Shown here: positions 45,667 to 55,610 of the stretch, in pieces
How positions within the stretch are numbered: position 1 is the first letter of the stretch
How the letters are laid out: every line of letters begins with the position of its first letter
The notes under the pieces: model-generated
Told to the model about the DNA's origin: nothing
The model's input: only the letters and a program-made list of their open reading frames with translations
Databases searched by the model: none
Position numbers and translations under genes: made by a program
DNA from: Oscillospiraceae bacterium
GTDB lineage: Bacteria; Bacillota; Clostridia; Oscillospirales; Oscillospiraceae
Direction of reading: 5' to 3'
NCBI GenBank assembly: GCA_020025715.1
Contig: JAHHRQ010000003.1
Span: forward strand, 105 to 64,104
DNA: 64,000 bases

Positions 45667-46569
45667 ATGGAACATTATTTTTCATTAAATTCATATTTGA
45701 GACAGCGCTTCGGGCAGAAAATGTATAAGCTTGCACTTGACGGGGGATTCTCCTGCCCCAACCGTGACGGAACGGTTGGCAAAGGTGGCTGCATCTTCTG
45801 TTCCGGCCGTGGCAGCGGTGATTTTTCCGTTCCGGTGGGAAATGATATTTCTGCCGCAATCGTGAAAGCAGTTTCTCTTGTAAAGCATAAAAATTCAGGC
45901 GGCTGGATTGCCTATTTTCAAAATTTCACCGGCACTTACGCCCCTGTTGAGCGGCTGCGAGAGCTTTATACCGCTGCTGTAAATGAGCCTGAAATCTCTG
46001 TTCTCTCAATCGGCACAAGACCTGACTGTCTGGGGGATGATGTGGTGGAGCTTCTGGCTGAGCTTAACAAAATAAAACCTGTCTGGGTTGAGCTTGGGCT
46101 TCAGACAATACACCCCGAAACTGCACAGTATATCCGCCGTGGCTATCCCCTGCCGGTATTTGATGACGCTGTAAAACGGCTTAAAGCTGCGGGGATTGAA
46201 GTCATTGTCCACATGATAATCGGTCTTCCCGGTGAAGATGCGGACATGATATATAAGACGGCAGAATACATAGGAAGTTCCGGCGCAGACGGTGTGAAAT
46301 TCCAGCTGCTCCATATTTTGGAGGGCACCGACCTTGCCAAAGACTATAAAGCGGGGAAATTCAAAGCTCTGGAGCTGGATGAATACATAGAGCTTTTAGA
46401 GGGCTGCATACGGAGAATTCCCCCGAACTTGGTGGTTCACCGGCTTACGGGAGACGGCGCAAAAAAGGATTTAATTGCCCCGCTCTGGAGCGGCAACAAG
46501 AAAATGGTTTTAAACGCCATAAATCAGGCCTTTGACAGAGATATGCTGGTTCAGGGTGAATTATTATAA
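45667..46569 (+). CDS. TIGR01212-family radical SAM protein
   Basis: 300 aa from ATG 45667. KLALDGGFSCPNRDG...GGCIFCS is the hallmark of this family. Confidence 0.85.
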   Translation: MEHYFSLNSYLRQRFGQKMYKLALDGGFSCPNRDGTVGKGGCIFCSGRGSGDFSVPVGNDISAAIVKAVSLVKHKNSGGWIAYFQNFTGTYAPVERLRELYTAAVNEPEISVLSIGTRPDCLGDDVVELLAELNKIKPVWVELGLQTIHPETAQYIRRGYPLPVFDDAVKRLKAAGIEVIVHMIIGLPGEDADMIYKTAEYIGSSGADGVKFQLLHILEGTDLAKDYKAGKFKALELDEYIELLEGCIRRIPPNLVVHRLTGDGAKKDLIAPLWSGNKKMVLNAINQAFDRDMLVQGELL

Positions 46570-46573
46570 AAAA

Positions 46574-46605
46574 ATTACTCTTTCACGAAAATGTGAAAGA
46601 GTAAT
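46574..46605. terminator. Bidirectional terminator between radical-SAM gene and polC
   Basis: ATTACTCTTTCAC-GAAAAT-GTGAAAGAGTAAT, flanked by A-run and T-run. Confidence 0.88.
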
Positions 46606-46609
46606 TTTT

Positions 46610-49600
46610 TTACATATCAAAGAGGCTTATCTGGCTGGAATCAGGCATGTCGCCCAGAGCGCCCAGCTTTTTAAGCTGCTCCAGATGGGTCTGGCCCACC
46701 TTGGGGCAGGCACGGCCGAGCTCCTGAATTGAAATGAACTTCTTGTTCATTTCCTTAACACGGCCTAAATCCTCTGCTGCGGTTTCACCCAGACCTGCAA
46801 TGGAAACGAAAGGCGGTCTTATGCGCCCGTCATCTGTGAGCAGGAACTTTTTAGCGTCCGACTCATAAAGGTCAATGGGTGCAAATTCAAAGCCGCGCAT
46901 ATTGAATTCATACACAGCCTCCATTGTGGTAAGCAGACCTTCTTCGTTTGCAGTAAGGTCATGGCGGCGGTGCATTTCGTTTATCTTTCTGCGAACCGAA
47001 TCGGCGCCGCCTGTCATCATTTCGGCATCAAAGCCGCCCTTCTGGCTGCGGCGGTAGAAATAAGCGCTGTAAAAAGCCAATGGCTTATGTACCTTAAACC
47101 ACGCAATTCTGAAAGCCATCATAACGTAAGCCACTGCGTGAGCTTTCGGGAACAGGTAGGCAATCTTACGGCAGGACTCTATATACCAGTCTGGAACGCC
47201 TAAAGAACGCATCTGCTCTTCCGCGTCGTCAGGGAAGCTGCCTGTCTTTTTAACTTTACCTTTTCGGACAGCCTCCATGGTTTTAAAGGCAAGTGAGGGC
47301 TGCATACCCTTGGATATAAGGTAAAGCATAATGTCGTCTCGACATGCAACAGTCTCTTTAACGGTTGCAATGCCGTTTACGATAAGGTCATGGATGTTTC
47401 CCGCCCACACGTCAGTACCGTGAGAGAAGCCGGACAGTCGAACCAGAGTATCGAAAGCCTTGGGCTGAGTATCAACAAGCATCTGACGGGTAAAGTTTGT
47501 ACCGAATTCAGGCACACCGATAGTTCCGGTCTTGCCTATTATGGGGTCATCCTCAGGCAGGCCTAAAATAGCGGGGCTTGTGAACATTGCCATTGTGTCA
47601 GGGTCGGAGAGGGAAATCTGCTTTGCGTCAACGCCTGTCATATCCTCCATCATGCGTATCATGGTGGGGTCATCATGGCCCAGCTCATCAAGCTTCAAAA
47701 GGTTTGACTCCATGCAGTGATATTCAAAGTGGGTGGTTATAATATCGCTGTCCGGGTCGTCTGCCGGGTGCTGAACGGGACAGAAGTCCGTAACATCCAT
47801 ATCCTGAGGAATAACAACAAGACCGCCGGGGTGCTGGCCGGTGGTGCGCTTAATACCCACAAGACCCTGTGCAAGTCTGTTTTCCTCCGCCTTGGTGGCA
47901 GTAATGTTCCGCTCCTCAAGGTACTTTTTAACATAACCGTAGGCTGTCTTTTCCGCAAGGGTGCCGATAGTGCCGGCGCGGAAAACGTGGTCGGAACCGA
48001 ACAGAACCTCGGTGTATTTATGTGCCTTACCCTGATACTCACCGGAGAAGTTAAGGTCTATATCAGGTGTCTTTTCGTTGCCGGGGAAGCCCAGGAAGGT
48101 TTCAAAAGGAATATCAAAGCCTTCTCTGTTCATCTTCGTGCCGCACTTGGGGCAGTCCTTTTCCGGCATATCAGCGCCGCATCCGTAATCCTTGCCCGAT
48201 TCAAAATCAGAATACTTGCAGTTGGGGCAGACGTAATGGGGCGGCAGGGAGTTAACCTCCGTAATGTCAGACATGTAGGCCACCATGGAGGAGCCGACAC
48301 TTCCTCGGCTGCCCACCAGATAGCCGTGCTCCAGAGAGTTTGTAACAAGCTTCTGAGCACTCATGTAAATAACGTCGTAGTTATGGTCGAGAATGGTGTT
48401 AAGCTCAACATCCACTCGGTCCTGAACTATCTTAGGCGGGTTTTCTCCGTAAATGCGGTGCATCTTGCTGTAAACAAGGTTTTTAAGGTCACGGGCGGAG
48501 TTCTCGATTTTAGGCGGGAACAGGCCCTTGGGCAGAAGCTCAATATCCTCAATCTGGTCGGCAATGGCTCTGGTATTGGTAATAACCACTTCCTTTGCCA
48601 CATCATCGCCCAGATACTTGAATTCTGCCAGCATTTCATCTGTTGTGCGGAAGAATATGGGGCAGCCTCTGTCAGCATCCGAGTAGTTCTTTGCAGCCTG
48701 CAATATCTTTCTGTACTGCTCGTCCTCTGCGTCAAGGAAGTGAACGTCAGAGGCGGCAATGACCGGCTTATTAAGCTCACGGCCCAGATTCAGAATGGTT
48801 TTATTGTATTCCTGCAAAACAGAAACATCGCTGACAACACCGTTATCAACCAGAAATCCGTTATTGCATATAGGCTGAATTTCAAGGTAGTCATAGAAGG
48901 AGGCAATATCCACAAGCTCCTCATGGCTTGCGCCCTTCATAACCGCGCCGTACAGCTCGCCCATTCCGCAGGCAGAACCCACCAGTATGCCTTCTCTGTG
49001 CTGCATCAGCAGGCTCTTGGGAACGGTGGGGGTACGGTGGAAATATTTAAGATAGGACTGGGAAACCATTTCATACAGGTTTTTAAGGCCCACCTTATTT
49101 TTAACAAGGAATATCATGTGGTAGGACTTTGCCACATCGGTTCGTCTCAGGGAGTGGTAGACCGTTTCAATATCGTCAATGGTCTTTGCGCCCTGCTGCT
49201 GGAGCATAGGCAGGAACTTGCCCATTATTCTTGCAACCACTATGGCATCGTCCGTTGCTCTGTGGTGGTTGAATTTAGGAAGCTTCAGGTGGTTTGAAAC
49301 AGTATCAAGCTTAAAGCGCTTAAGATCCGGGCAGAGAGCCTGAGACAGAGCCAGAGTATCAAGGAAGATAGGCAGGAAACGCAGTCCGTTTCGCTTTGCC
49401 GCCGCTGTCATGAAGCCCACGTCAAAGTGAGCGTTATGGGCAATTATAGGTCTGTCACCCACAAACTCCATGAACATCTCCATGGCCTCTTTTTCAGAGG
49501 GTGCGCCCTTAACATCGGAATCCTTTATACCTGTAAGCTCGGTTATATCGGCGGGAATATGGCGCTCCGGGTCAACGAAGGTGTTGAAGGTTTCCTTCAT

Positions 49601-50620
49601 TTCGCTGCCGGAGAAGATGACGGCGCCGATTTCCGTCATTCTGTCGTGTTCGGCGTTAAGGCCGGTGGTTTCAATATCGAAGGCTACAAATTCAGTATCA
49701 AGGGGCAGCTTGCTCTTGCCGATAACGGCGGAGTTACCGTCCATATCGTTTACAAAGTAGCCCTCCATGCCGTAGATAATCTTGACACCGTACTTTTTGC
49801 CCGCTTTCCACATATCGGGGAAAGCCTGACATACACCGTGGTCCGTTACGGCTATTGCAGGCATACCCCAGTAGGCGGCACGCTTTACTATGGCCTCGGG
49901 GTCGGTAAGTGCGTCAAGAGCGGAGAAGCGGGTATGCATATGCAGCTCTACGCGCTTTTCCGGTGCATCATCGGGACGAATGTACTTTTTGCCCTTCATA
50001 ATGTTTCTGGGCTCCAGAACCATATCGTCATCATATTTTGAATATATAATCTCGCCCTGAACAATCAGATGATCTCCGGGAGCAATTTTACTGATTATAG
50101 ACTGATCGTCATCAGAGCGCAGGTACTTTGAAACCTTAATGGAGTTTGTCCTATCGGTAATATCAAAGTTTAAAACCGCGCCGCCCCGCTTTGCAAGGGT
50201 GCGGCTCTGCTCCACAACAACATCGCCCTCAACAGTCACTTTGCCTGATTCAAGGCTGAGAGTGCTCATGGGAACCGGGCGCTGCTTAATGTTTCTTCCG
50301 TAAAGCACGTCCCCTTTGGGAGCGCTGTTGGAGTCTTTATGGTTTGCCCCGCTCATGGCGGAGGTTGAGGCGTATCTGGGTTTAGGGTAATCAGGCACTA
50401 TGCCAACGCCCTTTAAGGCATAGTCCTTTTTCAATCTGTCGCTTAAAGTTGAAATTTCCACCGGTGAGGGCATGGATGCAAAGGAGGCACAAACCGTCAT
50501 GGTCAGATCCCCCTCGTCTATCTGCACGTCCGTTACAGCAGCTTTGCCGAGACCTCCTGCGAAGTTCTCCAAATCCTCACATCCGGGAAACATAGTGAGA
50601 AAAAGGGTGTGGTCGCTCAT
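46610..50620 (-). CDS. polC: DNA polymerase III PolC-type alpha subunit
   Basis: 1336 aa. PHP motif ELHMHTRFSALD, inserted 3'-5' exonuclease FDIETTGL...HNAHFD, a zinc-finger region CPNC...CPKC and the polymerase core. Confidence 0.96.
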   Translation of the reverse strand: MSDHTLFLTMFPGCEDLENFAGGLGKAAVTDVQIDEGDLTMTVCASFASMPSPVEISTLSDRLKKDYALKGVGIVPDYPKPRYASTSAMSGANHKDSNSAPKGDVLYGRNIKQRPVPMSTLSLESGKVTVEGDVVVEQSRTLAKRGGAVLNFDITDRTNSIKVSKYLRSDDDQSIISKIAPGDHLIVQGEIIYSKYDDDMVLEPRNIMKGKKYIRPDDAPEKRVELHMHTRFSALDALTDPEAIVKRAAYWGMPAIAVTDHGVCQAFPDMWKAGKKYGVKIIYGMEGYFVNDMDGNSAVIGKSKLPLDTEFVAFDIETTGLNAEHDRMTEIGAVIFSGSEMKETFNTFVDPERHIPADITELTGIKDSDVKGAPSEKEAMEMFMEFVGDRPIIAHNAHFDVGFMTAAAKRNGLRFLPIFLDTLALSQALCPDLKRFKLDTVSNHLKLPKFNHHRATDDAIVVARIMGKFLPMLQQQGAKTIDDIETVYHSLRRTDVAKSYHMIFLVKNKVGLKNLYEMVSQSYLKYFHRTPTVPKSLLMQHREGILVGSACGMGELYGAVMKGASHEELVDIASFYDYLEIQPICNNGFLVDNGVVSDVSVLQEYNKTILNLGRELNKPVIAASDVHFLDAEDEQYRKILQAAKNYSDADRGCPIFFRTTDEMLAEFKYLGDDVAKEVVITNTRAIADQIEDIELLPKGLFPPKIENSARDLKNLVYSKMHRIYGENPPKIVQDRVDVELNTILDHNYDVIYMSAQKLVTNSLEHGYLVGSRGSVGSSMVAYMSDITEVNSLPPHYVCPNCKYSDFESGKDYGCGADMPEKDCPKCGTKMNREGFDIPFETFLGFPGNEKTPDIDLNFSGEYQGKAHKYTEVLFGSDHVFRAGTIGTLAEKTAYGYVKKYLEERNITATKAEENRLAQGLVGIKRTTGQHPGGLVVIPQDMDVTDFCPVQHPADDPDSDIITTHFEYHCMESNLLKLDELGHDDPTMIRMMEDMTGVDAKQISLSDPDTMAMFTSPAILGLPEDDPIIGKTGTIGVPEFGTNFTRQMLVDTQPKAFDTLVRLSGFSHGTDVWAGNIHDLIVNGIATVKETVACRDDIMLYLISKGMQPSLAFKTMEAVRKGKVKKTGSFPDDAEEQMRSLGVPDWYIESCRKIAYLFPKAHAVAYVMMAFRIAWFKVHKPLAFYSAYFYRRSQKGGFDAEMMTGGADSVRRKINEMHRRHDLTANEEGLLTTMEAVYEFNMRGFEFAPIDLYESDAKKFLLTDDGRIRPPFVSIAGLGETAAEDLGRVKEMNKKFISIQELGRACPKVGQTHLEQLKKLGALGDMPDSSQISLFDM

Positions 50621-51681
50621 TTATTGTCGTCCTTTTCTATCAGGTCCACCAGTGCGTCGCACAGCTGCTCATAGGGATATGTACCGATAACTTCTCCCTT
50701 TTTGAAGAGAAGGCCCTTGTCCTTTCCGCCTGCAACGCCGTAATCGGCTTCTCTTGCTTCGCCCGGGCCGTTTACAACGCAGCCCATAACGGCAACGGTT
50801 ATGTCTCTGGGCATGTCCTTAACCCGCTCCTCAACCTTGTGAGCAAGGCCGATAAGGTCAATTTCGGTTCTGCCGCAGGTGGGGCAGGAAACAAGCTTAA
50901 CGCCGCCCTGTCTTATACCGGCAGCCTTCAAAATGGCGATACCGGCTGAAACCTCTTTAACAGGGTCTGCGGTAAGGGAAACTCTTATAGTGTTGCCTAT
51001 GCCCTCACTTAAAAGAGTTCCGATACCCACAGCGGACTGAATGGTTCCGTTCCACTCGGTACCGGTCTCGGTAACGCCTAAGTGGAGGGGATAGGGAAAT
51101 ACCTCGGATGCCAGTCTGTAAGCTGCAATGGTAAGGGGAACTGAGGAGGATTTAAGGGAAAGGCATATATCCTCAAAGCCGTACTTTTCCAGCAGTGCCA
51201 CATGGTCTCTTGCGCTCTCTACAAGAGCCTCGGGGCAGGGGTGGCCGTATTTTTCAATCAGTCTTTTTTCAAGGCTTCCGGCATTAACGCCTATGCGGAT
51301 AGGAATATGGCGCTTTCTGCACTCGTCGGCTACTGCCTTGACGTTTTCCTCTCCGCCTATATTGCCGGGGTTAATTCTTATTTTATCTATGCCTCTCTGT
51401 GCCACTTCAAGAGCTAAGCGGTAGTCAAAGTGAATATCGGCAACAAGAGGCATATCAACTCTCTCTTTAATTTCGGAAATTGCCTGAGCTGCTCTCATGT
51501 CGGGAATTGCAAGACGAACTATCTCGCATCCTGCCGCACGAAACTGCTTTATCTGGTTCACCGTTGCCTCAACGTCCCATGTCTTGGTGTTGCACATGGA
51601 CTGAACAGTAACGGGAGCGCCGCCACCGATGGCGACGCCTCCCACGTTAATTTTTCTTGTATTATCTCTCTTATTCATCAT
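50617..51681 (-). CDS. ispG: 4-hydroxy-3-methylbut-2-en-1-yl diphosphate synthase IspG
   Basis: 354 aa. GGGAPVTVQSM, CPTCGRT, GCVVNGPGE. Confidence 0.95.
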   Translation of the reverse strand: MMNKRDNTRKINVGGVAIGGGAPVTVQSMCNTKTWDVEATVNQIKQFRAAGCEIVRLAIPDMRAAQAISEIKERVDMPLVADIHFDYRLALEVAQRGIDKIRINPGNIGGEENVKAVADECRKRHIPIRIGVNAGSLEKRLIEKYGHPCPEALVESARDHVALLEKYGFEDICLSLKSSSVPLTIAAYRLASEVFPYPLHLGVTETGTEWNGTIQSAVGIGTLLSEGIGNTIRVSLTADPVKEVSAGIAILKAAGIRQGGVKLVSCPTCGRTEIDLIGLAHKVEERVKDMPRDITVAVMGCVVNGPGEAREADYGVAGGKDKGLLFKKGEVIGTYPYEQLCDALVDLIEKDDNK

Positions 51682-52736
51682 TTCATCACTATCCTCACTA
51701 TGTCGTTAAACATCACAAATGCCATAAGTCCCAAAAGCAGCACCATGCCGCCGGCATGGATATAGCCCTCATATTTGGGGTCAAGCTTTTTTCTTGTAAT
51801 CTTCTCGATTATGAGAGTTATGAACAGTAAAAACACTCTGCCGCCGTCCAGTGCGGGAATAGGCAGCATATTCATAATGGCAAGGTTGACAGCGATGAAG
51901 GCACCGAGATAGAGGATGTTGAATAAAGCATCCTTTGTTGTAGGTGCCTGCTGGCCCGTTTCGGTCATAAGGTTGACTATGCCCACGGGACCTGCCATAT
52001 CCTTAACTCCAACCTGACCGGAAACCAGCTGCTCCAGTCCCATCCAGACCATACGGCCGAATTCCATGGTGGAGTTCCATGAGTGACGCAGAAGATTCCC
52101 GACGGTTGCTTCATCCACGCCGAAAATAAATCCGTACATCTTGTTCTGGTAGCCCTCGTATTCAAGGGGAACCATCTTAAAGTCATCAAGCTTAACTTTC
52201 TTTCCGTCTCTTATAACAACTATGTCATAAGTTCCGTCGCCCTTGGAGAGAAAATCGGAAACATCGTAGAACTGGTAAATTCTGTGACCGTCTATCTTAT
52301 GAATTCTGTCTCCCGCCTGAAAGGCATTTTCGCCTTCATAGGGGCAGTTATCCATAAAGCTTTCCACAACGGGAGCACGAAAGCCCTCGGCAGGAGCAAA
52401 AAGGATAATGACTATAATAAGACCGAGCAGAAAGTTCATAAAAGAACCTGCCACCAGAATTAAAAGCTTTTTCCACGGAGCCTGATTTATAAAGGCTCTG
52501 GGGTCATCGGAAGCCTCATCCTCCCCTTCCATAGCGCAGAAGCCGCCTATGGGAACGGCACGGAGGGAATACTGGGTTTCTCCCTTCTGTCTTTTGAAGA
52601 TGACGGGGCCCATGCCGATGGAGAATTCCTCCACCTTTACTCCGCAGAGCTTAGCCATGCTGAAATGGCCGAACTCATGGATGGCTATGAGAATACCGAA
52701 TAACAAAATTGCCAGTAATACATATAAAACGCTCAT
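51678..52736 (-). CDS. rseP: RIP zinc metalloprotease RseP (M50, one PDZ)
   Basis: HEFGHF, a PDZ region, NMLPIPALDGG. Confidence 0.88.
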   Translation of the reverse strand: MSVLYVLLAILLFGILIAIHEFGHFSMAKLCGVKVEEFSIGMGPVIFKRQKGETQYSLRAVPIGGFCAMEGEDEASDDPRAFINQAPWKKLLILVAGSFMNFLLGLIIVIILFAPAEGFRAPVVESFMDNCPYEGENAFQAGDRIHKIDGHRIYQFYDVSDFLSKGDGTYDIVVIRDGKKVKLDDFKMVPLEYEGYQNKMYGFIFGVDEATVGNLLRHSWNSTMEFGRMVWMGLEQLVSGQVGVKDMAGPVGIVNLMTETGQQAPTTKDALFNILYLGAFIAVNLAIMNMLPIPALDGGRVFLLFITLIIEKITRKKLDPKYEGYIHAGGMVLLLGLMAFVMFNDIVRIVMK

Positions 52737-52782
52737 AAAATTAAATCTCCGTTAGGGTAAAAAGTGCTTAATTTTTCTTATC

Positions 52783-53460
52783 TCAATACTTTAAAGTTTT
52801 GAGAAACGCCTTTCTTTCATCGCTCACCCGCCTGCTCTCCACAGCCTTCTGAATAGCCTTATTGTGTACAAAGGGGCTGAGCTTTTTCTCTGTAAAATAC
52901 GGCAAAACGCTGTCATACTGCTTTGCCAGAGCCGTTGCAAAATACCATGCAGACATCATGTTCACATAGTATTCTTCCGAGCGGACTTTTCCCACAAGCT
53001 CGGGGTATTCCGGCGAAAAATCACCGTCGAGAAAATGCACCATAAGCATACCTATTGCAAAGCGCACAGTATATACCTTATCTGAGCATATCCAAACCCT
53101 GATTTTCTCCGGAAGTTCCGTCTTGTGCTTTTTAAACACCGCCGGTCTCAGCTGGTCGCAGCTTGACCAGTTATCTATATAGGGCAGGTATTTTTCCGTC
53201 TCTTTAATGCACTCATCAAAGTCTTTTATCCGCTCTATCATAAAGCCGTGAACATTATTTTCTTCATAATATTCATGGGGAAGAGAGGACATAAATTCTT
53301 TGCTTTCCGGCTTTTCGTATAAGTCCTTTGCAAGCTTTTTGAGCTGGGGAGTTTTTACGCCTATTATACGGCTCTTATCTATATTAGGCACAAGAGCGCT
53401 GAAAAATTCCTTATATTTTTCATCTTGCAATGAAAAAAGGATTTTTTGCAGTTCTGTCAC
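52783..53460 (-). CDS. DNA alkylation repair protein (AlkD/AlkC-like HEAT-repeat family)
   Basis: 225 aa. GVKTPQLKKLAK, YIDNWSSCDQL, EEYYVNMMSAWYFA, HNKAIQKAVESRRV. The GTG start overlaps the uppS stop (GTGA). Confidence 0.72.
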   Translation of the reverse strand: MTELQKILFSLQDEKYKEFFSALVPNIDKSRIIGVKTPQLKKLAKDLYEKPESKEFMSSLPHEYYEENNVHGFMIERIKDFDECIKETEKYLPYIDNWSSCDQLRPAVFKKHKTELPEKIRVWICSDKVYTVRFAIGMLMVHFLDGDFSPEYPELVGKVRSEEYYVNMMSAWYFATALAKQYDSVLPYFTEKKLSPFVHNKAIQKAVESRRVSDERKAFLKTLKY

Positions 53461-54200
53461 GGGTTTTTAACTCCTCCGAAACGTCTGTCGCGGCTCTTAT
53501 AGACCTCTATTGCCTTATCAAGGTCGGCACTTGTAAAGTCAGGCCACAGGGTATCGGTAAAGTAAAATTCGGAATAGGCGCACTGCCAGAGCAGGAAGTT
53601 TGAAATTCTCTGCTCACCGCCCGGTCTTATAAGCAGGTCGGGGGCGGGAATTCCCGCTGAAAACAGGTAGCTTTCAAACTCATCTTCCGTAAGCTCACCC
53701 TTGGTTTTTCCGGCTGCATAATCCTCTGCATACCGTCTTGCCGCCTGTACGATTTCATCTCTGCCGCCGTAGTTGAGGCAGATATTGGCCTGAAATCCGT
53801 CGTATTCCTTTGAAATTCTATCTGTTTTTTCCACGAGAGCCTGAAGCTCCGGTGCAAGACCGTCCACTTCGCCCAGAACCTTGAGCTTAATGTGGTCCTT
53901 TGCCATAGTGTCGATTGCTTCGTGAAGGTATCTTCCCAGAAGCTTCATAAGAGTACTGACTTCCTCCTGAGGTCTTTTCCAGTTCTCGGTAGAAAAGGCA
54001 TAAACAGTCAGATACTCAACGCCGATGTCACGGCAGTATGTAGCAATTCTGCGGAAATTCTCCGCACCTTCCTTATGTCCCGCTGTACGGGGCAGGCCGC
54101 GCTTCTTCGCCCAGCGGCCGTTGCCATCTAAAATAATGGCAATATGGCGGGGGAGGCCGGTAGGCTCCCCCGCCGCTTTATTTCTTGAAAAAATAGCCAT
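53457..54200 (-). CDS. uppS: Isoprenyl transferase (undecaprenyl-diphosphate synthase)
   Basis: HIAIILDGNGRWA, RTAGH, FSTENWKR, LLIRPGGEQRISNFLLWQ. Confidence 0.93.
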   Translation of the reverse strand: MAIFSRNKAAGEPTGLPRHIAIILDGNGRWAKKRGLPRTAGHKEGAENFRRIATYCRDIGVEYLTVYAFSTENWKRPQEEVSTLMKLLGRYLHEAIDTMAKDHIKLKVLGEVDGLAPELQALVEKTDRISKEYDGFQANICLNYGGRDEIVQAARRYAEDYAAGKTKGELTEDEFESYLFSAGIPAPDLLIRPGGEQRISNFLLWQCAYSEFYFTDTLWPDFTSADLDKAIEVYKSRDRRFGGVKNP

Positions 54201-54751
54201 TATATCTCTGTCAGCTCTTTTTCCTTAGCGTCGGTGATTTTATCAACGGACTTAATATAATCATCGGTCATCTTCTGTATCTCTTTTTCAATATCCTTGT
54301 AGTCGTCCTCGGTAATCTCGGAGTTCTTCTGCTGCTTCTTGAACTTATCAATAGCATCTCTGCGGATATTGCGGATTGCAACCTTGCACTCCTCACCGTA
54401 CTTCTTGGTCTGCTTTACCAGATCCTTACGGCGCTCCTCAGTGAGGGGAGGGAAAATAAGGCGGATTGCTCTGCCGTCGTTCTGGGGATTGATGCCCAGA
54501 TCGGATGCGATAACAGCCTTTTCAATGCCTTTGAGAACAGAGCTGTCCCAGGGCTGGATGAGAAGGGAGCGGGGGTCGGGGGAAGAAACAGTTGCAAGCT
54601 GCTGAACAGGTGTGGGAGAACCGTAGTAATCCACTCTCAGCTGATCCAGGACAGAGGGGTTTGCCCGTCCTGCCCGAATGGTGGAAAGGTGCTCCTCAAG
54701 CGCCTCGCTGCTTTTCTTCATTCTGTCTTCGAATTCTTTGTAATCAGACAT
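54200..54751 (-). CDS. frr: Ribosome recycling factor
   Basis: 183 aa. IRAGRANPSVLD, PPLTEERRKDL. Confidence 0.96.
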   Translation of the reverse strand: MSDYKEFEDRMKKSSEALEEHLSTIRAGRANPSVLDQLRVDYYGSPTPVQQLATVSSPDPRSLLIQPWDSSVLKGIEKAVIASDLGINPQNDGRAIRLIFPPLTEERRKDLVKQTKKYGEECKVAIRNIRRDAIDKFKKQQKNSEITEDDYKDIEKEIQKMTDDYIKSVDKITDAKEKELTEI

Positions 54752-54784
54752 GGTAAATACCTCCGTTAATTTATTGTGTTCCGT

Positions 54785-55495
54785 TTAAATTACTGTTGTA
54801 CCCAGCTTTTCTCCGCTGAGAACCCGCTTCATATTTTCGGGGTCAGCCAGAGCAAAAACTATTACAGGAATATGATTATCCATAGCAAGGCTTGTAGCCG
54901 TAGTGTCCATAACGGCAAGGTGCCTTGAAAGTACCTCGTCATAGCTTATGCTGTCAAACTTAACGGCCTCAGGATTAGTTCTGGGGTCGTCGCTGTATAC
55001 GCCGTCAATATTCTTTGCAAGCAGGATTGCATCTGCATGAATTTCGGCAGCTCTCAGCACAGCGGCAGTATCGGTGGAGAAGAAGGGTGCGCCTGTGCCG
55101 CAGGCAAAGAGGACCACGCTTCCCTTTTCCATATACTCTATGCTCTTTCTTGTGTCATAACGCTCACCAACACCCTGAATGTCAACGGCGGTCATGACTC
55201 TTGCATCTACTCCCTGCTGCTTGAGCACATCTGCCACAGCAAGGCAGTTCATAGCGGTTGCAAGCATACCCATACGGTCTGCGCTGACGCGCTCTACCTT
55301 GCCTGCACCGTCTTTTACGCCGCGCCAGAAGTTACCGCCGCCTATGACGATACCTACCTGAGCGCCCATATTAACACAGTCTCTCACCTTTTCGCAGACG
55401 TGGGAGACAAAATCAAAGTCAAAGCCAGTTTTCTTCTCAGCGGCAAGAGCTTCACCGCTTATTTTAATAAGCACGCGCTTATATATGCTTTCCAT
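54785..55495 (-). CDS. pyrH: UMP kinase
   Basis: 236 aa. RVLIKISGEAL, VIGGGNFWRG, MDTTA. Confidence 0.96.
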   Translation of the reverse strand: MESIYKRVLIKISGEALAAEKKTGFDFDFVSHVCEKVRDCVNMGAQVGIVIGGGNFWRGVKDGAGKVERVSADRMGMLATAMNCLAVADVLKQQGVDARVMTAVDIQGVGERYDTRKSIEYMEKGSVVLFACGTGAPFFSTDTAAVLRAAEIHADAILLAKNIDGVYSDDPRTNPEAVKFDSISYDEVLSRHLAVMDTTATSLAMDNHIPVIVFALADPENMKRVLSGEKLGTTVI

Positions 55496-55557
55496 CTTAA
55501 TCCTCTCCTTAATTTACTTTTTATATGTTCAGATAATTTTACCACAGCTGCGCCGGT

Positions 55558-55604
55558 TTGACAATTCCTAATTGACAAATTGTGCACTTGCCGTGGGGTA
55601 CAAT
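55558..55604 (+). promoter_or_regulatory. Candidate spoIIGA promoter with over-long spacer and two TTGACA(A) boxes
   Basis: TTGACA at 55558-55563 and 55572-55577. TACAAT at 55599-55604 lies 21 nt after the second box and ends 6 nt before ATG 55611. Confidence 0.3.
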
Positions 55605-55610
55605 AGCCCC

